Shown: positions 15,916 through 25,572, counted from the first letter of the stretch. The stretch is DNA of 64,000 nucleotides from Conexivisphaerales archaeon (GCA_035543015.1 DATKKG010000017.1:92755-156754); one strand, 5' to 3'. Translations and numbers: made by a program. The notes: generated from the letters alone by a model not told the origin.

Positions 15916-18240
15916 TCAGGCGGTTGCGCTATGCGCACCTTCTCTCCAGCCCGCGGCCTGGGCGAAGCCATGACTTGGAGTGTTGCCTTTCCCAAGTGCT
16001 TCCCAGACCTTCTCCGGCTTCATTGGGAGCTCTCTTATCCGGATGCCTGTCGCATCCGACACCGCGTCGGCAAGGCAGCTCGCGACAGGAATCAGAGGTA
16101 TCTCCCCTGCCCCCTTTGCGCCGAAGGGCCCGGAAGAGAGCTTGGACGCGACGAATTCGGTGTATACTTCCTGAGGAGCGTCCGTCGGGCAAGGCACCAG
16201 GTAGGTGGTGAAGTTGGTGGTCTTCGGGAACCCTCTCGAATAGACATGCTCCTCCGTCAGGGCGTAGCCCACTCCCTGGAGGATGCCTCCGTCGCACTGG
16301 GCCGATGCCAGGACGGGATTCAACACCTCGCCGATGTCCGGATAGAACATGAAGCGCTTGGCGGCCACCTTGCCGGTCAGGGTATCCACCTCAACTTCGC
16401 CTACCAGGGCGGCGAAGCTGTAGATGAGGTGCGGAATCTCGAGAGACCCCTCCACGGTCGAGCCATGCCTGGGGACTTCGAAGGAGCCCACGAACCTGGC
16501 GCTCCCCCCTCTGGACATGACGGAGCCAGCGAGTTGGAACAGGCTCCTTTCCTGGCCGTGGGCTGAGAACACGCCCTTGCGGTAGGTGACCTGGTCAGGC
16601 TTCGCTCCCAGCTCGGTCGCCGCTTCCAGCTTCAGCGCGAGGAGGGCGTTCTCGCAAGCCTTGAGGAGCGCATTGCCGGAGGTGTAGGTGCTTCGGGAGG
16701 CGCTGCTGCTACCGGTGTCGGGCGCCAGCCCCGAGTCCGCGTCGACTGCGGACAGGACATCCGACTTGATATCAAGCTTCTCGGCTACCAATTGAAGGTT
16801 CGTGGTGACTAGCCCCTGGCCGTAGTCGGGGTTGGAGAATTCGACCTTGACCTGCCCCGCTGGGACGATCTCTATTGCGGCGGAGGGAAAGTCCGGGAGC
16901 GTGCCGAACCCGATGCCCTTCACGGCCAGCGACAGTCCGATCCCCCGCTTGATCCAAGGCCGCGGTCCCGAGTGGCTGCCTCGCGACTTCCACAGCTCCG
17001 ACGAGGATGCGCGGTCCAGGGCAGCCTTCAGACCCGAGCAGTCTTCGAGCTTCTTGCCGAAGTTCCCTTCCTCCCCCGTCCGCCAGAGGTTGAGACGCCT
17101 GATCTCGACCCTGTCGGAGCCGAGCTCGACCGCGGCGGAGTTGAGCTGGCTTTCGATGGCGAAGTTCGACTGGGGAGCGCCGAAGCCCCTGAAGGCGCCA
17201 GACAGCCCATTGTTGGTGCGGACCAGCTTGGCGTCGATCAGATAGTTGGGGACGACGTAGGGACCATTCACCGTCTCCATGGCCACGTCCAAGACGGCCG
17301 GACCGAAGGAGCGGTAGGGTCCGGTGTCGGCGAGGAGCTCGGCGCGGTTGGCCAGGATGCGCCCGTCCGCGTCGAAGCCGGTCTCAAGTTCGATCCGGAA
17401 GGCATGGCGCATGAAGCCTGCTTCGCCCGACTCCTCGCGGCTCCACATCAGCTTCACCGGCCTCCCGGACTTGATGGTCAGAAGGGCAAGGTGGATCTGG
17501 ACCGTGACTTCGTCCTTTCCTCCGAAGGCCCCGCCCACGGGGAAGCTCACGACCCTGACCTTCTCCTTGGGTATGGCGAGGCTCCTCGACACCTGAAGCA
17601 CGTCACGAAAGGGGCTCTGTCCGCCGACGAGCAGATTGACCACCCCTTTTTCATCGACAAAGCCGATGCCCGCTTCCGGCTCGATGAACATGTGCTTCTG
17701 CTTCTGGGTCAGGTAGGTCGCCTTGACTACATGCTTAGCACCCTCCAGGGCCCGGCCGATGTCGCCTCTGCGTATCAGCGCCTTCCTCGCGATGTTCCCC
17801 TCAGGATGGAGGAGGGGAGAGCCGGACCGAAGCGCCTCCTCGATCGACGTGACGGGCGGGAGCTCCCTGTACTTCACCCTTACGAGCTCTGCGCCGAGGA
17901 TTGCCTGTTCCTCGGTCTCGGCGGCCACGAGCGCCACGGGGTCGCCCTTGTAGTTGACATGGGTCGAGCACAGGACCGGGGCGTCGGGGTAGAACACGCC
18001 ATAGCCGTTGACCCCCTTGACGTCCCTGTGCGTCGCGACGCAACGCACGCCAGACGCCCTCTCGGCCTCGCCTACGTCGATCGACTCGATTGCGGCACGG
18101 GGGAACGGGGACCTGACCGTCTTGGCGAAGAGGCAGCCTTCGGGATAGAGGTCGGAGAAGAACTTGAGAGAACCGTCCGTCTTCGCTTCGCCGTCCAGGC
18201 GAGGCACGGACCTCTGAAGCCAGCTTCCCTCAGAGCTCAC
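15916..18240 (-). CDS. molybdopterin-binding large subunit of xanthine dehydrogenase / aldehyde oxidoreductase / CoxL family
   Basis: About 774 aa with family-typical segments (FPVGGAFGGKDEVT, GAGEIPLIPV). I place the start at GTG 18240, which overlaps the stop of the upstream small gene (GTGA). The track ORF extends to 18417. Confidence 0.9.
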   Translation of the reverse strand: MSSEGSWLQRSVPRLDGEAKTDGSLKFFSDLYPEGCLFAKTVRSPFPRAAIESIDVGEAERASGVRCVATHRDVKGVNGYGVFYPDAPVLCSTHVNYKGDPVALVAAETEEQAILGAELVRVKYRELPPVTSIEEALRSGSPLLHPEGNIARKALIRRGDIGRALEGAKHVVKATYLTQKQKHMFIEPEAGIGFVDEKGVVNLLVGGQSPFRDVLQVSRSLAIPKEKVRVVSFPVGGAFGGKDEVTVQIHLALLTIKSGRPVKLMWSREESGEAGFMRHAFRIELETGFDADGRILANRAELLADTGPYRSFGPAVLDVAMETVNGPYVVPNYLIDAKLVRTNNGLSGAFRGFGAPQSNFAIESQLNSAAVELGSDRVEIRRLNLWRTGEEGNFGKKLEDCSGLKAALDRASSSELWKSRGSHSGPRPWIKRGIGLSLAVKGIGFGTLPDFPSAAIEIVPAGQVKVEFSNPDYGQGLVTTNLQLVAEKLDIKSDVLSAVDADSGLAPDTGSSSASRSTYTSGNALLKACENALLALKLEAATELGAKPDQVTYRKGVFSAHGQERSLFQLAGSVMSRGGSARFVGSFEVPRHGSTVEGSLEIPHLIYSFAALVGEVEVDTLTGKVAAKRFMFYPDIGEVLNPVLASAQCDGGILQGVGYALTEEHVYSRGFPKTTNFTTYLVPCPTDAPQEVYTEFVASKLSSGPFGAKGAGEIPLIPVASCLADAVSDATGIRIRELPMKPEKVWEALGKGNTPSHGFAQAAGWREGAHSATA

Positions 18241-18455
18241 GGGCCCCCACCTCCGACCGGCGGAAAGGCGACGAGCACGTCGCCCTCGGCAAGGCGCTCC
18301 GTCAACTCGACCTTGCGCGAATCTCTGAAGACGAGGATGTAGAGCTCCTCTTCGATGCCCAGCTTCAGGAGGGCGTCCTTGACCGTGGCCCCTTCCCTGA
18401 GCCTGAGCCGATGCCACTGTCCTTTCTCTTCTCGGTAGGGTCCTCCGAGCTCCAT
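18237..18455 (-). CDS. MoaD/ThiS-like beta-grasp (ubiquitin-like) small protein
   Basis: 72 aa. The C-terminus DVLVAFPPVGGGGP resembles the PPxxGG tail of MoaD/ThiS/SAMP proteins. The gene is embedded between the FAD and Mo subunit genes. Confidence 0.6.
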   Translation of the reverse strand: MELGGPYREEKGQWHRLRLREGATVKDALLKLGIEEELYILVFRDSRKVELTERLAEGDVLVAFPPVGGGGP

Positions 18456-18463
18456 CGTGACCT

Positions 18464-19315
18464 TCAGCTGGGATCGCCCTCCATGGCTTCGTAGAACCCC
18501 TGGTAGGCCAGCGCTCTCAGCGCGGCCAGCCTGTACTGCTTAGAAGCCCTCAGGTCGGTTATGGGACTGGCCGCCTCGGACACTAGGAGGCACACTTCGT
18601 TCAGGTTCTCCCTGTCAAGGCCATGCTCCAGGATGAACTCTTCAGCTCTCGTGGCACGTACGACCGTCGGAGCGACCGCTCCGAGGGAGATCCTCGCATC
18701 CCTGCCCTTCCAGGACGCCGCCACGCTCGCCACCGTGATGGCCTGAGAGCTCCTGAGGCCGAGCTTCCTGAAGAAGTGGCGGTGCGAAGAGGGGAGCTTC
18801 GGGATCAGCACCTCCGTGAGCATCTCATCGGGCCGTCTGGCTGTCTTTCGGGGCCCCAGGATGAAATCCCTGATGGGCAGCTTCCTCGAACCCTGCCGGC
18901 TCGAGAGCACGACCGCGGCCTCGTGGACGTAGAGAGGAGGGAGAGAGTCTGCGGCGGGCGAAGCGTTGCATATGTTGCCGGCCAGCGTGGCTAGGTTCCT
19001 GATCTGCAAGGATCCGACCACGGCCGAAGCTTCGGCCAGCAGAGGAGACGACCTCCTGATCAGGCCGCTCTCCACAATCTGCGAGAATGTGGTCCTGGCA
19101 CCCACCGACACCGTCCTCCCTCTGTCTCGTACGTAGCTCAGCCCCTCGACATGGCTGATATCCAGGAGGTTCCCCTCCTTCAGGTTGCCGTCTTTCAGGT
19201 AGACCGCGACGTCGGTGCCTCCGGAGACTATGCGAAGGCCGTCGTCTTGGGCTAGAAGGTTGAGTGCCTGGGCGAGCGTCTTGGGCGAGCGGACTTCCAC
19301 CTGGGTGTACATCAT
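18464..19315 (-). CDS. FAD-binding medium subunit (CoxM/XdhB-like) of molybdo-hydroxylase
   Basis: LRIVSGGTDVAVYLK FAD-binding motif in a 283 aa protein. It overlaps the upstream gene by 4 nt. Confidence 0.9.
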   Translation of the reverse strand: MMYTQVEVRSPKTLAQALNLLAQDDGLRIVSGGTDVAVYLKDGNLKEGNLLDISHVEGLSYVRDRGRTVSVGARTTFSQIVESGLIRRSSPLLAEASAVVGSLQIRNLATLAGNICNASPAADSLPPLYVHEAAVVLSSRQGSRKLPIRDFILGPRKTARRPDEMLTEVLIPKLPSSHRHFFRKLGLRSSQAITVASVAASWKGRDARISLGAVAPTVVRATRAEEFILEHGLDRENLNEVCLLVSEAASPITDLRASKQYRLAALRALAYQGFYEAMEGDPS

Positions 19316-19791
19316 TGTTCCTCACCCGTGGACGACGCAGCCTGACGGACCGCATCGAGTATCTTGGGATAGCCGCCGCAGCGGCATATGTTGCCCTCGA
19401 GCTGCTTCTTCAGGTCATCAAGGGAGCCGAGGTCGCCTGAACTCAGGAGCGCGTACGCCGCGACGACGAAGCCGGGGATGCAGTACCCACACTGCACTGC
19501 GCCCTCGCTCACGAAGGAATGAGACAGTTTCGCGAGCTTCCCCGATTCATGCAGCCCTTCGATGGTCGTGACCTCCCGTCCGTCCGCCTGGCATGCCAAG
19601 ACCATGCAGGAGGTCACGGGCAAGCCGTCCAGCAGGACGGTGCACGATCCGCATTCGCCGGCCTCGCAACCCGGCTTCGTTCCCGTGAGCCCGAGGTCCT
19701 CCCTCAGCACACGAAGCAGGGTCTTGGCCGGAGGGACGACGAGCGTCACGTCCTTCCCGTTCAGCCTTAGCCTCAGCTTCGCGCTTGCCAT
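19312..19791 (-). CDS. [2Fe-2S] small subunit (CoxS/XdhC-iron-sulfur type) of molybdo-hydroxylase
   Basis: CEAGECGSCTV plus CGYCIPG and NICRCGGY cluster motifs. Confidence 0.92.
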   Translation of the reverse strand: MASAKLRLRLNGKDVTLVVPPAKTLLRVLREDLGLTGTKPGCEAGECGSCTVLLDGLPVTSCMVLACQADGREVTTIEGLHESGKLAKLSHSFVSEGAVQCGYCIPGFVVAAYALLSSGDLGSLDDLKKQLEGNICRCGGYPKILDAVRQAASSTGEEQ

Positions 19792-19815
19792 TCTTGAGCA
19801 CTCTGCCCCAGCAGG

Positions 19816-19828
19816 CTTATTTAGCTTT
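19816..19828 (-). promoter_or_regulatory. TATA box candidate (minus strand AAAGCTAAATAAG) for the Mo-hydroxylase operon
   Basis: About 30 nt upstream of the coxS-like ATG (19791). This suggests the operon is transcribed separately from the NurA-like gene. Confidence 0.4.
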
Positions 19829-19844
19829 GGAGCCTTGTCAGGCC

Positions 19845-21593
19845 TTACGAAGAGGCCGACTCCCTATTGGACTCCATCTGAGACCTCGAGTCCCGGTACC
19901 TCCTGATTATGGCGAACAGGTTCTCCTTCCTGGCCAGCGGCGTGAGCTCAAGGTTGACCAGCCCTTCGAGAGTGCCGTGCATGAGCTTCACGTCGGCCTT
20001 CACGGCCTTGTCCGCGAGATAGAGGAGCTCGTTGTGGCCGTACGCTTCGAAGACCTCCGGGTTGTCGGAGCAGGACAGGAGCAGGAGGATGGCGTTGTCG
20101 AGCTCGTTGAAGCCTCCCCCTTCGAGATACGGCTTCATCCTCTGGAGGCCCTCCCTTTCGAGGTAGTCCACTTCGACCCTCATCGCCTGGTCGAACCTGC
20201 CGTCGAACGGCCGGTCCAGCAGGAAGACGGGCGACCTGTAGGCGGTCTTGGCCGACGCCCGCGTCTGGAAGTACGACCTCACGAACAGGCACTCACGCGA
20301 GGCCACCTTCCTGGCTGCGCGGAGCCTGGGGGTGGATCCTCCCACCGACTGGGAGTTCTCCGTGAGGGTCGAGAAGCAGGAGTCGTAGCCGACGCTCCGC
20401 CAGGGAGTGACGCACACCTTCGGGTTGGTGGCGCTGATGATCGAGAACATGACGCGGTCATGTCTCATCCCGGGCTTCATCGAGTCCGGGATGCCGCACA
20501 TGCCCAGCACCGAACGCGAGACGTCGGACGAGCCCGTATCCTTGGTTATCCCGAGTAGGAGGACGCCCTTCCTCCTCGCCTTTTCGACGAGGCTCCCAAG
20601 GAGGATGTAGTTCACGGCGTTCAGCTCCACGGTCGTGAGCCATTCGCCCTCGACCCTCAGCGGGTGTTCCTCCGAGGAGAAGAGCCGGCCGGAGACCCTC
20701 TCGCCAAGGGCCTCAAGCCGCTGCCGGAACCCTTCGCAGTCCTTCGAGAGCCTCACGTCCTTCGAGCTCCTGTCGAGAAAGCCGTACTTCTTGCCGAGCC
20801 TGAGGAGGGCTTCGAGGAGGCTGGCCGACTTGTCCGCGTCCAGACCCGAACCTTCGAGGGCCCCTTCGACCGTCGAACCGCCGAGCATCTGCTGCAGAAG
20901 GGCGTGGAGCGAGTACGGCCCGTGGCGGGCGACCGGGGGCTCCCCTTCGGGGACCGCCGTCAAGAGGAAGAGATCGCGCTTGAGGCCGTCTCCGTAGAGG
21001 CGCTCCAGCGGCGACCTCTCATTCAGAAGCAGCTTCCTTACGTCCCTCCCGAGCGTGTAGAACGAGCCTGAGATGGGCCTGTCGAGGAAGAGGACCTTCA
21101 GCCCTGGCGTCTGGAGAGAGGTCAGGGCGGAGGTGAGCTCTGCCATAAGCATCAGAGAGAAGGAGATGTTCATGAGGGCGGCCATGTGCTCGAACTCGCT
21201 CTCTTGCGTGCCCGTGGTGGCCGCGACGGTGGCGCAGTCCTCTAGCCAGAGGGGAACGGCGCTCGTCGTGCCGAGCTTGATCTCCCTGCGGGCCCGACGG
21301 AGCCCGAATGAGACGCCGTCCTTCCCCACGGTCAGGTCGCAGCTGTACGCCGCTGCGTTGACGTAGAAGAGGAGCATCTCGAGCGACTCCACCTGGTCCA
21401 TCGAGCCGTCTATCCCGATCGCCCTGAAGTTGCCTTCCCCCAGGACGCGGACCAGAGTCTCCCTGGCCCTCTTTTCGTCAAGCCTTTTGACCAGGACCGA
21501 GTACCCCTCCTTGTCCCTCATCCTGTCCACGCGCGAATTGAAGAGGTTCAGGAGCTCGACGGTGTTCTTCTTCAGGCTGGACAGTGAGTCCAA
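19845..21593 (-). CDS. NurA-domain nuclease-like protein (long, orphan)
   Basis: 582 aa. Ordered motifs AIGIDGS (aa 58-64), VLFLDRPISG and LLLGITKDTGSSDVS resemble the NurA catalytic layout (DGS ... DGxL ... GxSKxS). TTG start with TATA-like CCTTATAAT upstream. Confidence 0.5.
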   Translation of the reverse strand: MDSLSSLKKNTVELLNLFNSRVDRMRDKEGYSVLVKRLDEKRARETLVRVLGEGNFRAIGIDGSMDQVESLEMLLFYVNAAAYSCDLTVGKDGVSFGLRRARREIKLGTTSAVPLWLEDCATVAATTGTQESEFEHMAALMNISFSLMLMAELTSALTSLQTPGLKVLFLDRPISGSFYTLGRDVRKLLLNERSPLERLYGDGLKRDLFLLTAVPEGEPPVARHGPYSLHALLQQMLGGSTVEGALEGSGLDADKSASLLEALLRLGKKYGFLDRSSKDVRLSKDCEGFRQRLEALGERVSGRLFSSEEHPLRVEGEWLTTVELNAVNYILLGSLVEKARRKGVLLLGITKDTGSSDVSRSVLGMCGIPDSMKPGMRHDRVMFSIISATNPKVCVTPWRSVGYDSCFSTLTENSQSVGGSTPRLRAARKVASRECLFVRSYFQTRASAKTAYRSPVFLLDRPFDGRFDQAMRVEVDYLEREGLQRMKPYLEGGGFNELDNAILLLLSCSDNPEVFEAYGHNELLYLADKAVKADVKLMHGTLEGLVNLELTPLARKENLFAIIRRYRDSRSQMESNRESASS

Positions 21594-21681
21594 GGTCGGA
21601 TGCCTACCACGCTCGGCGTGATTATAAGGTAGGCGGTTCGCCTCCGGGCTCCGTTCAGGAGCCTTCTCAAAGCCGGCTGCT

Positions 21682-22749
21682 TCAGTCGCCGAGGGTCTCG
21701 ACGGCCGCCTTCCTGAGGCGGTTCATCACGGTCAGGAGGATGCCCCTCTCGTCGAAGCCCTCCGCATATATCCTGTCCACCTTCGAAAGGTCGAATTCCC
21801 TTAGCGCTCCGTAGAGGTTGTGGGCTATGGAGTAGGGGTTGAACCTGGTCCCGACCGAAACGACCACCCAGTCCTTCGGGTACATCCCCTTCGTCTCCTC
21901 AGTCGCGAGGACGCCGACCTTCTGGCCTCTGGCTGCCTCGGTCCTTCCGAGGGCGGAGATCCTGTCAACCATGCCGTTCAACGAGCCCAGCACCAGGACG
22001 AGGGGCGCCTTGGGCGCGTAGTGTGGGTACTTCATGCCCGGCGCTTCGGCCACAAGCTCTTCGTCCCCGGGCTTCACCTCGGCGACGCTGACCTCGCCAA
22101 TGACTCCAGCCAGCTCCTCGGGCGTGATGGGGCCGGGCCTGAGGATGGTCGGGGGATCCGTCGCCAGGTTGACGACTGTGGATTCGACACCGAAGGCGGT
22201 CTCGCCGCCGTCCAGGATCAAATCGACCTTGCCGCCGAGGTCAGCCAGAACGTGGGCCGCCGAGGTGGGACTGGGACGGCCTGAGACGTTGGCGCTGGGG
22301 GCTGCGATGGGCCTCCTCGACATCATTATGAGCGAAAGGGCGACGGGATGCGCCGGCATCCGCACCGCCACCGTCTCCCGGTGCCCGGTCGCCTCATAGG
22401 AGACGAGGTCGGACTTGGGGAAGATGATCGTAAGCGGCCCGGGCCAATAGACGTCCGCTAGAGCGAACGCCCTCTCGTCCACGTGCCTGGCCACCGCGGG
22501 GAGCTGTTCCATGGAGGCTATGTGCACGATTACAGGGTTGTCACCGGGGCGCCCCTTGGCTTCGAACACCTTGCGAACCGCGGCTCCGTTTGTGGCGTCG
22601 GCGCCGAGCCCGTACACCGTCTCCGTGGGGAATGCTACGATGTCGCCTCCCCGTATGTATTCGGCTGCGATGCGGATGGGCCCGACTTCCGGGTTCAGGG
22701 GGTCAACTCTGAGGACCCTGGCAGGGGCTCTGGCGTCACCCATCTCCAC
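21682..22749 (-). CDS. sua5: L-threonylcarbamoyladenylate synthase (Sua5/YrdC with Sua5 C-domain)
   Basis: FPTETVYGLGADA and YWPGPLT motifs. The 355 aa length fits the two-domain Sua5 form. Confidence 0.9.
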   Translation of the reverse strand: MEMGDARAPARVLRVDPLNPEVGPIRIAAEYIRGGDIVAFPTETVYGLGADATNGAAVRKVFEAKGRPGDNPVIVHIASMEQLPAVARHVDERAFALADVYWPGPLTIIFPKSDLVSYEATGHRETVAVRMPAHPVALSLIMMSRRPIAAPSANVSGRPSPTSAAHVLADLGGKVDLILDGGETAFGVESTVVNLATDPPTILRPGPITPEELAGVIGEVSVAEVKPGDEELVAEAPGMKYPHYAPKAPLVLVLGSLNGMVDRISALGRTEAARGQKVGVLATEETKGMYPKDWVVVSVGTRFNPYSIAHNLYGALREFDLSKVDRIYAEGFDERGILLTVMNRLRKAAVETLGD

Positions 22750-22904
22750 GTGATGAGTTGTTTCGTGGTTTCCTTAATAACTGTTTCAACGGCGGTGAGC
22801 CAGGATCGAGCCCACGGCCAGGATGTCAGAGGGCGGCAGAGAGATGAGAGGCGGCACCTCCCTGATATCCTTAATTATGGGCCGACGACTTATGGGAACT
22901 TGGC

Positions 22905-23354
22905 TTGGAGTCCTCTGAAGAGCCCGTTGAGAAGAAGCCGGAGTGGGTCGAAGAGGTCACCAAGAACCTCGATTACTACCTCAAGACCGAGGAGGGGAAG
23001 CAGCGGCTCCTCGACCTTGCCAAGAAGGAGAACGAAAGGATCCTCGAGGAGGTCGCGAAGGTACATCGCCCTCAGAGGGACATCATCTGGCTCTCCCGTT
23101 TCTGCAGGAGCTGCCGCTACCTGGTAAGCAAAGGCGAACGCTTCAGGTGCGCCAGGTGGGACGTGAAGATAGTCAAGCCGTTCTACGGAAGGCCCCTCTG
23201 GTTCATCGCCCTCAACGAGATGGGTCGGCCTGTTATGTCCGTCTCCGATCTGGACTGGAACCACAAGTGGATCGAGGTGTCCGACGCCATAATCGAGAAG
23301 GCCGTGGAGCACATCAACGGCGGGAAGCCCTACGAATGCTATGACCCGCAGTAG
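22905..23354 (+). CDS. hypothetical protein (Cys-rich centre FCRSCRYL...RC)
   Basis: 149 aa ORF with a TATA-like CCTTAATTATGG 30-40 nt upstream. I recognise no family. Confidence 0.45.
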   Translation: MESSEEPVEKKPEWVEEVTKNLDYYLKTEEGKQRLLDLAKKENERILEEVAKVHRPQRDIIWLSRFCRSCRYLVSKGERFRCARWDVKIVKPFYGRPLWFIALNEMGRPVMSVSDLDWNHKWIEVSDAIIEKAVEHINGGKPYECYDPQ

Positions 23355-23378
23355 GCGCCGGTTTCTCTCAAGACCTTC

Positions 23379-23981
23379 CTAGCGTCTCTTCACGACGAGA
23401 GTCTTGGCGTATCTGTCGCTGAACTTCTGCCTGTACTCGGTCGAAGTGGCCAGCCCGAAGACGACGTCGAGGAGCAGCAGGACCCAGTTGATCTTGGTGA
23501 TGTCCCTGATGAAGGTCTGCTCCAGGGTCGGCCTTCTGCCGTCCAGAGTCTCGACCTTCAGCCCCATCACGCTCTTGCCTAGCGTGGTCCCGTAGATGCT
23601 CTCGGCGAAAGCGAAGTAGAGCACGACGATGATGCTGTTGAGGAAGGAGTATGCGCTGGCCCCGAATATCTCCCCGACGTTGAACGTGTTGCCGTTGACT
23701 AATCCGTTGAGCACCCAGGGGATGGCCATGAGGCCGGCGATGATGCCGACCGCGACTGTAACCACGACCCAGTCGATCACAAAGGCAACCAGCCGCTCTA
23801 TCCAATATGACTGCGCGGAGGGCTCCTTGATGAGGGCGTCGATGCCGCTCAGGTTATGGCCTTGAGGGGGCGGCGGAGCCCCGGCCGAAGGCGCGCCTAC
23901 CCTGGCGACCGGCGTGCCGCATGCTGGACAGAAGGCGTCGCCATCGCTCAGCTGTCTTCCGCACTTCGTGCAGAACGTCAT
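23379..23981 (-). CDS. RDD-family membrane protein with N-terminal zinc ribbon
   Basis: The ATG at 23981 gives MTFCTKCGRQLSDGDAFCPACGTPV, then a Pro/Gly linker and TM segments (RLVAFVIDWVVV ... FIRDI). Confidence 0.65.
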   Translation of the reverse strand: MTFCTKCGRQLSDGDAFCPACGTPVARVGAPSAGAPPPPQGHNLSGIDALIKEPSAQSYWIERLVAFVIDWVVVTVAVGIIAGLMAIPWVLNGLVNGNTFNVGEIFGASAYSFLNSIIVVLYFAFAESIYGTTLGKSVMGLKVETLDGRRPTLEQTFIRDITKINWVLLLLDVVFGLATSTEYRQKFSDRYAKTLVVKRR

Positions 23982-24134
23982 ACGAGTTCTCTGGTTTCCT
24001 TCCGGGTTACCCGATAAAAGGCTTTCTGGGCATGGGCGGGGCCCCCGGGGCCTCCTACGGATGCCTTCTCGGCCTCGCGACACCATGCCCTCCTAGGTCT
24101 CGACATGGTACCTCGTGAAGGCGGTAGACGGGGG

Positions 24135-25394
24135 TCAAAGCCCGCCCAGCGCGTCCTCAAGATCGAACCCGTACGGCAGTCGGATGTCAACCAGCTCGCC
24201 TTCCTCGATCCCCTTTCCAGGCTCCCTAACCAGGAACCCGTTCACCTTGGTAAGGACGAAACGAGTTGTGCTGGGGGCGGACATCGGTTCAGCGAAGAGC
24301 CTGCCGCCTTCCGACTTCAACCTCACCCAGGTAACGAGCCTGAACTTGTCGCCTTCGATGGACTGGAGCGGCTTCGTGATGGTGCCCCGTACTGCCGGGA
24401 GCTCCTGCCATCCGTCGCCCGCCATGTACCTCAACGATGGGTAGACCGCGTTGCAGAAGGCGCTCACCCCTCCCTGGATCAGACCTGAGAGGAGGAACAC
24501 CGGCATGCCCTCGAGCATATAGGCACCCAGCGTCCGCGACGGGCGGAGAAGGAGGCCGTGAAAGACCTTGACAGCTCCGAGGACGCTCAGCGCCTCGGGG
24601 ACGAGGTCAGCTTCGCTTACGGATGAACCACCCGTCGTAAGGACCGCGTCACAGCGGCCTTGGGCGCTCCTCAGGCGCGAGGCTATGTCGGCCACGTCGT
24701 CCTGAGCCAGACCGAGGTCCTGCACTTCGAAGGCGGACGAACGGAGTATCTCGCCCAGCACCATCCTGTTCGACTCGATCACCTTGCCCGGAACGGGCCC
24801 CCGGTCCTTCTCCACCAGCTCGTTTCCCGTCGCCAGGATCCCCACCCTGATGACCGGGTCGACCATCAGGGTCGCAAGCCCGTACGACAGGATGAAGCTC
24901 AGGTCCCTTGCGTTGATGACATGACCCTTCTTGAAGAGGACCATCCCGACCTGGACATCGGAGCCTGCCCTGTGGATGTTGCTCAACGGAGCGACGGCCT
25001 CCCTGAACGCGACGTGGTCATCCAGTTTCTCCGTCGCCTCCTGAGGTACGACCGCGTCCGCCCCTTCGGGCATGCGCCCTCCTGTGAGCACCCTTACGCA
25101 AACGCCCGCCTTCATGTCGGCGGGGCCCTGGCCGTCAGGCCTAGAGACGCCCGCGACTTTGAGCAGCACGGGCGAGCCGGCGGAGGCCGCAGCCAGGTCC
25201 TGCGCCCGCACTGCGTACCCGTCAAGGTGGCTTACGTCGTATCTGGGAAGCGCCCACCGAGACACCAGGTCCGTCGCAAGCCTTCGCCCGAGGCAGTCTT
25301 GGACGGGGACCTCCGACGGGCTCCTGACGCCGAGGTTCGCTTTGAGCCTTTCAACGGCCTCTTCGAAGGGGATCCTCAGGACCTTTGCCGGCAT
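24135..25394 (-). CDS. moeA: molybdopterin molybdenumtransferase MoeA
   Basis: 419 aa with MoeA layout, including the LTTGGSSVSEADL motif. Confidence 0.9.
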   Translation of the reverse strand: MPAKVLRIPFEEAVERLKANLGVRSPSEVPVQDCLGRRLATDLVSRWALPRYDVSHLDGYAVRAQDLAAASAGSPVLLKVAGVSRPDGQGPADMKAGVCVRVLTGGRMPEGADAVVPQEATEKLDDHVAFREAVAPLSNIHRAGSDVQVGMVLFKKGHVINARDLSFILSYGLATLMVDPVIRVGILATGNELVEKDRGPVPGKVIESNRMVLGEILRSSAFEVQDLGLAQDDVADIASRLRSAQGRCDAVLTTGGSSVSEADLVPEALSVLGAVKVFHGLLLRPSRTLGAYMLEGMPVFLLSGLIQGGVSAFCNAVYPSLRYMAGDGWQELPAVRGTITKPLQSIEGDKFRLVTWVRLKSEGGRLFAEPMSAPSTTRFVLTKVNGFLVREPGKGIEEGELVDIRLPYGFDLEDALGGL

Positions 25395-25504
25395 TTGTGG
25401 CTTTGGTCACCCCCGCTCTCCTAAAATCCCTTTCTAACGACGGGGACGTGTCGCTGCGCAACGCTCAATCGCGACATACGCGTTGGTCGGTCAAGGCATG
25501 GAAA

Positions 25505-25527
25505 GATTGGTTGGGTGTTGAGCGCGA
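25505..25527 (+). repeat. 23-nt block GATTGGTTGGGTGTTGAGCGCGA shared (22/23) with 9767-9789 (minus)
   Basis: Direct comparison of the two loci. Flanking similarity also exists (GCGCAACG ... GGCA(A/T)GG upstream, TTTTCC(C)GT downstream). Confidence 0.85.
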
Positions 25528-25572
25528 CGCGGCAGGTCGAGCGCCTTTTCCCGTCAGCTCTGTTAGGCACGA

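Noticed and set aside
18583-18597. ACTAGGAGGCACAC, a 14/15 match to the repeat family of 8.7-10.9 kb.
   Set aside because: It lies in frame inside the conserved FAD-subunit gene with no flanking T run or partner arm, so it is most likely chance.
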